A stretch of DNA of 64,000 nucleotides from contig JAJFKM010000077.1 of the NCBI GenBank assembly GCA_021773215.1, forward strand, positions 5,973 through 69,972. The letters are read 5' to 3'. Origin of the DNA: Gammaproteobacteria bacterium (GTDB lineage Bacteria; Pseudomonadota; Gammaproteobacteria; Eutrophobiales; Eutrophobiaceae). The position numbers and the translations under genes are program-made. A model generated the notes under the pieces. That model was not told where the DNA came from, did no database searches, and saw only the letters and a program-made list of their open reading frames with translations. Shown here piece by piece: positions 61,004 through 64,000 of the stretch. The first letter of the stretch is position 1. Each line of letters starts with the position of its first letter.

Positions 61004-61564
61004 ATGGGTAACAGATTAAGCAAAATCTATACGAAAACGGGCGACGATGGCACAACTGCATTAGGTAATGGTGAACGCATTGATAAATCAAATATTCGTG
61101 TTGATGCCATGGGTGATGTCGATGAACTCAATAGTCTATGTGGTGTGCTTGGTGCGAGCGGCATTCCCGATGATGTCTCTGGCTACTTACTAAACATACA
61201 ACATCGTTTGTTTGATATTGGCGGTGAACTAGCAATACCCGGCAATGCAGCCATTGATCCTGTTAGTGTCGATAGGCTTGAAGAACTCATCGATACTTAC
61301 AATGAAGATTTGCCCGCCTTAAAAGAATTTATTTTGCCCGGTGGTTCTCTATCTGCTTCAGTTTGTCATCTAGCAAGAAGTGTGTGCCGAAGAGTGGAGC
61401 GTAATTTGGTTGCTATGGCTAGAAATGAGTATATTAATCCCGAATCACTGCGCTATATTAATCGGCTATCGGATTTGTTTTTTGTGTTGGCGAGAGCGCT
61501 AAATCAAGAAAAGGGCGGTAAAGAAATATTTTGGGATAGCGAACGATTAAAACGTTCTGTTTAA
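61004..61564 (+). CDS. PduO-type cob(I)alamin adenosyltransferase
   Basis: KIYTKTGDDGTT, GDVDELNS, FILPGG, RRVER, YINRLSDLFF. Confidence 0.93.
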   Translation: MGNRLSKIYTKTGDDGTTALGNGERIDKSNIRVDAMGDVDELNSLCGVLGASGIPDDVSGYLLNIQHRLFDIGGELAIPGNAAIDPVSVDRLEELIDTYNEDLPALKEFILPGGSLSASVCHLARSVCRRVERNLVAMARNEYINPESLRYINRLSDLFFVLARALNQEKGGKEIFWDSERLKRSV

Positions 61565-61567
61565 TTA

Positions 61568-62236
61568 TTAATACTTTTTCTCTAGTTCCATGATGCGTCC
61601 TTCTCGTTTCATGTCTAACTTACCTAGGAAAGACATGCCGAGCAGGGTAGTTACAGGGAATCCACCTTCGTGTACAACACCTTCAATATTTCGTAGTTCA
61701 ATATTACCTACGCGTACTCTTTTTAATTTAACGATATATATTTCATCTTTTCCAGAAGCGGTATAAGACATTCCTTTTTTGCCGGTTAATTTGTAATCTA
61801 TGCCTAGGCGCTTGGCAACATTGCTATTCATCGAAACAGCACTAGCACCAGTGTCGATAATGAATTTCACAGAGGAACCGTTGATACTTCCAGAGATGTT
61901 GTACATGCCACCAGGATCGGGCGCAATAATAAGTTTTTCACCAGAAGTAGGTTTATTCGCGTTGTTACTACCTATATGTGTTCCTAGTTTATAAACGTCT
62001 TGTTTCCCATCTATTTCAATAACGGCTTGCTTACTATCAGCTTCAATTAGCAAAACACCTTCGGGGCTAGCCTTGCCTTTTTTTAGAACACGTTGTTTCC
62101 CATCAATTGTTACAATTGCTTTGTCTTTAAAAAGGCCATTAATAACAATTTTTTCTACAGCTATTGCAGGAAAACTTACTAATAACATCAAGAAAGACAA
62201 TGGAATTATTCTGTTAATCAATTTAGACATATTCAT
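61568..62236 (-). CDS. Clan AA retropepsin-like aspartic protease (TIGR02281-like)
   Basis: FIIDTGAS, LLGMSFL. Confidence 0.88.
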   Translation of the reverse strand: MNMSKLINRIIPLSFLMLLVSFPAIAVEKIVINGLFKDKAIVTIDGKQRVLKKGKASPEGVLLIEADSKQAVIEIDGKQDVYKLGTHIGSNNANKPTSGEKLIIAPDPGGMYNISGSINGSSVKFIIDTGASAVSMNSNVAKRLGIDYKLTGKKGMSYTASGKDEIYIVKLKRVRVGNIELRNIEGVVHEGGFPVTTLLGMSFLGKLDMKREGRIMELEKKY

Positions 62237-62325
62237 AAAAGCATATGATTTAAATAGTTATTTATTTTTCAATTATTAAATGTAATGATTTGGACAATTA
62301 ATCTTATATAAGTTCTTTGATTTAA

Positions 62326-63447
62326 ATGATCATTATTCTAAAGCCTGATTCAGATAAGACTAGCACTGAATATACAAATTTGGTGGCCTATCTCCACAAT
62401 CTACCCAATATTACGATTCGCATGCATGAAGAGAAGGGCGAGCAACAGCGTTTAACTGAGTTTTATCTCGTTGGCGACACAATGCCCCTTGATGATATGC
62501 ATATCAGAAGTTTACCCCTGGTCGATAGAGTCGTTCGTGTATCGCGAGAATATAAAGTCTTGGGACGTCATAATGAAGATGTACGTGCTAGTTATTTTGA
62601 CTATAACGGTGTTAGGTTTGGTCAAGACGAATTTCATGTGTTTGCAGGCCTCTGTGCTGTTGATACACGTGAGCATGTTGAAATTATGATGCGTGCATTA
62701 AATGACCTCGGATTAAATTGCACACGGATGGGCGCTTATAAACCGCGTACAAACCCGTATTCATTTCAGGGATTCGGCAAAGACTGTCTGCCCTATGTAT
62801 TTGAGTTGGCTGGAAAATACAATATTAAAGTGATCGCAATGGAGATCACTCATGACATTCACATTGAAGAGATTAGTAATGCGCTCGAACAAGCGGGGAA
62901 TCCAACTGGCGTTATGTTGCAAATTGGTACTCGTAACACTCAAAATTTTGAGTTATTAAAAGCAGTAGGGCGACAGCGAGAGTTCCCGGTATTAATAAAA
63001 CGGGGATTTGGAATCACCCTTGAAGAATCTTTAAATGCGGCAGAATATTTGGCAAGTGAAGGTAACCACAATGTTGTTTTCTGTTTGCGAGGCATGAAAA
63101 CTAATATGGGAGATCCACATAGAAATCTAGTTGATTTTGCCCATGTACCAGTTGTCAAACGCTATACACATATGCCGGTTTGTATTGACCCTTCACATTC
63201 GGTTGGTTCGCGCGAATTCGGGCCAGAAGGAATTTTAGACGTCATGCATGCCGCAGCGCAGGGCGTTATTGCCGGAGCAAATATGGTTCTCGCTGATTTT
63301 CATCCGGATTCTACAAAAGCCTTGGTTGATGGTCCGCAAGCATTAAAAATGAATGAGCTAGAATGGTTTGTGGAAGATCTGCAAATTGCTAGAGATGCAT
63401 TTTTGGCACGCAAACAATGTCATGACAAATATAATAGTGAATCATAG
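62326..63447 (+). CDS. 3-deoxy-7-phosphoheptulonate (DAHP) synthase, class I-beta
   Basis: AGLCAV, RMGAYKPRTNPYSFQG, QIGTRNTQNFELL, IDPSHSVG, DGPQAL. Confidence 0.9.
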   Translation: MIIILKPDSDKTSTEYTNLVAYLHNLPNITIRMHEEKGEQQRLTEFYLVGDTMPLDDMHIRSLPLVDRVVRVSREYKVLGRHNEDVRASYFDYNGVRFGQDEFHVFAGLCAVDTREHVEIMMRALNDLGLNCTRMGAYKPRTNPYSFQGFGKDCLPYVFELAGKYNIKVIAMEITHDIHIEEISNALEQAGNPTGVMLQIGTRNTQNFELLKAVGRQREFPVLIKRGFGITLEESLNAAEYLASEGNHNVVFCLRGMKTNMGDPHRNLVDFAHVPVVKRYTHMPVCIDPSHSVGSREFGPEGILDVMHAAAQGVIAGANMVLADFHPDSTKALVDGPQALKMNELEWFVEDLQIARDAFLARKQCHDKYNSES

Positions 63448-63509
63448 TTTGATTCTTAGAAAGATAATCCGCAAAGTTCCTGACGCAGCAAAACACAACA
63501 AAAATCTAT

Positions 63510-63691
63510 AGCCACAGAGAACACAGAGGCCACAGAGGCCACAGAGGCCACAGAGGCCACAGAGAAAAGCAAAAAATATTAGATAATTAAAACATAGAAT
63601 AAATAAATTTAATGAAATCCTGCCCGTTTTTTATAAACATGTTTAATTATATTAACTGCTTTTCTCTGTGGCCTCTGTGTTCTCTGTGGCT
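63510..63691. repeat. Inverted arrays of 9-bp (GC/AA)CACAGAG units between convergent genes
   Basis: Six units at 63511-63564 and three units in inverted orientation at 63658-63691. Confidence 0.9.
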
Positions 63692-63697
63692 TATTTG

Positions 63698-64000
63698 TTA
63701 AATCTTGATTTCTTTTTGTTTGGGCAATGAATTCACATTCCAGTTTTTAATAGACCAGGCTAATAATGATTCAAGATCCGAGTCTATAGCTTCAGGTGGT
63801 GGTGATTGCCCAAGAAACTGGAGTGCCTCGAAAATTATTCTAGATGGATTCGTTAGATCGATTGCTGCAGCATGAGATTGTTTGCTTACCTTGCTGCCAT
63901 CTTCATTAATTGCGACCGGCAAATGAAGATAGCTTGGTGTAGAAAATCCAAGTAGCTTTTGTATATGAATATGTTTTGGAGTCGAATCAAGCAAGTCTGC
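63698..64000 (-). CDS. gluQRS: Glutamyl-Q tRNA(Asp) synthetase, C-terminal part (runs off window)
   Basis: DLLDSTP...YLHLPVAINEDGSKVSKQSHAAAI (KMSK-like), LQFLGQ. Confidence 0.85.
   Translation of the reverse strand, partial: ADLLDSTPKHIHIQKLLGFSTPSYLHLPVAINEDGSKVSKQSHAAAIDLTNPSRIIFEALQFLGQSPPPEAIDSDLESLLAWSIKNWNVNSLPKQKEIKI

Noticed and set aside
63511-63564. Possible CRISPR array
   Set aside because: 9-bp tandem units with no spacers and no cas genes.

Overview
Chromosomal segment of an AT-rich Gammaproteobacterium; the gene content suggests a marine or microaerobic lifestyle (inference). Core genes include ettA (partial), a complete ccmABCDEFGHI operon plus a second ccmI paralog, a signal-peptide-bearing katG with an OxyR box, hemN with an FNR box, cysK, roxA, metH under an SAH riboswitch, a cobalamin-riboswitch operon (btuB, DUF6580, Dph6-like ATPase, BtuF-like, PduO), a DAHP synthase and gluQRS (partial). 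The most notable part is a visibly AT-richer accessory region at about 39.9-50.4 kb downstream of metH, bounded by a diverged duplicate of the metH 3' end. It holds (i) a compact candidate RiPP locus: an unannotated 57-aa precursor-like ORF (41551-41724, below the ORF-track cutoff), a hairpin, an aKG-HExxH peptide-modifying enzyme and a degenerate CMD/AhpD-fold protein; and (ii) a divergent four-gene oxidative operon (membrane metallophosphoesterase, GMC oxidoreductase, Cys-nucleophile alpha/beta hydrolase, FAD-linked oxidase). Other unusual modules are an Amt with a sensor-type tail coupled to a Ser/Thr kinase, an FNR-box-preceded DUF1538 plus two P-II-like genes, and several REP-like repeats. 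No tRNA, rRNA, CRISPR array, integrase or transposase was recognised. All calls are by-eye motif recognition, with no database searches.
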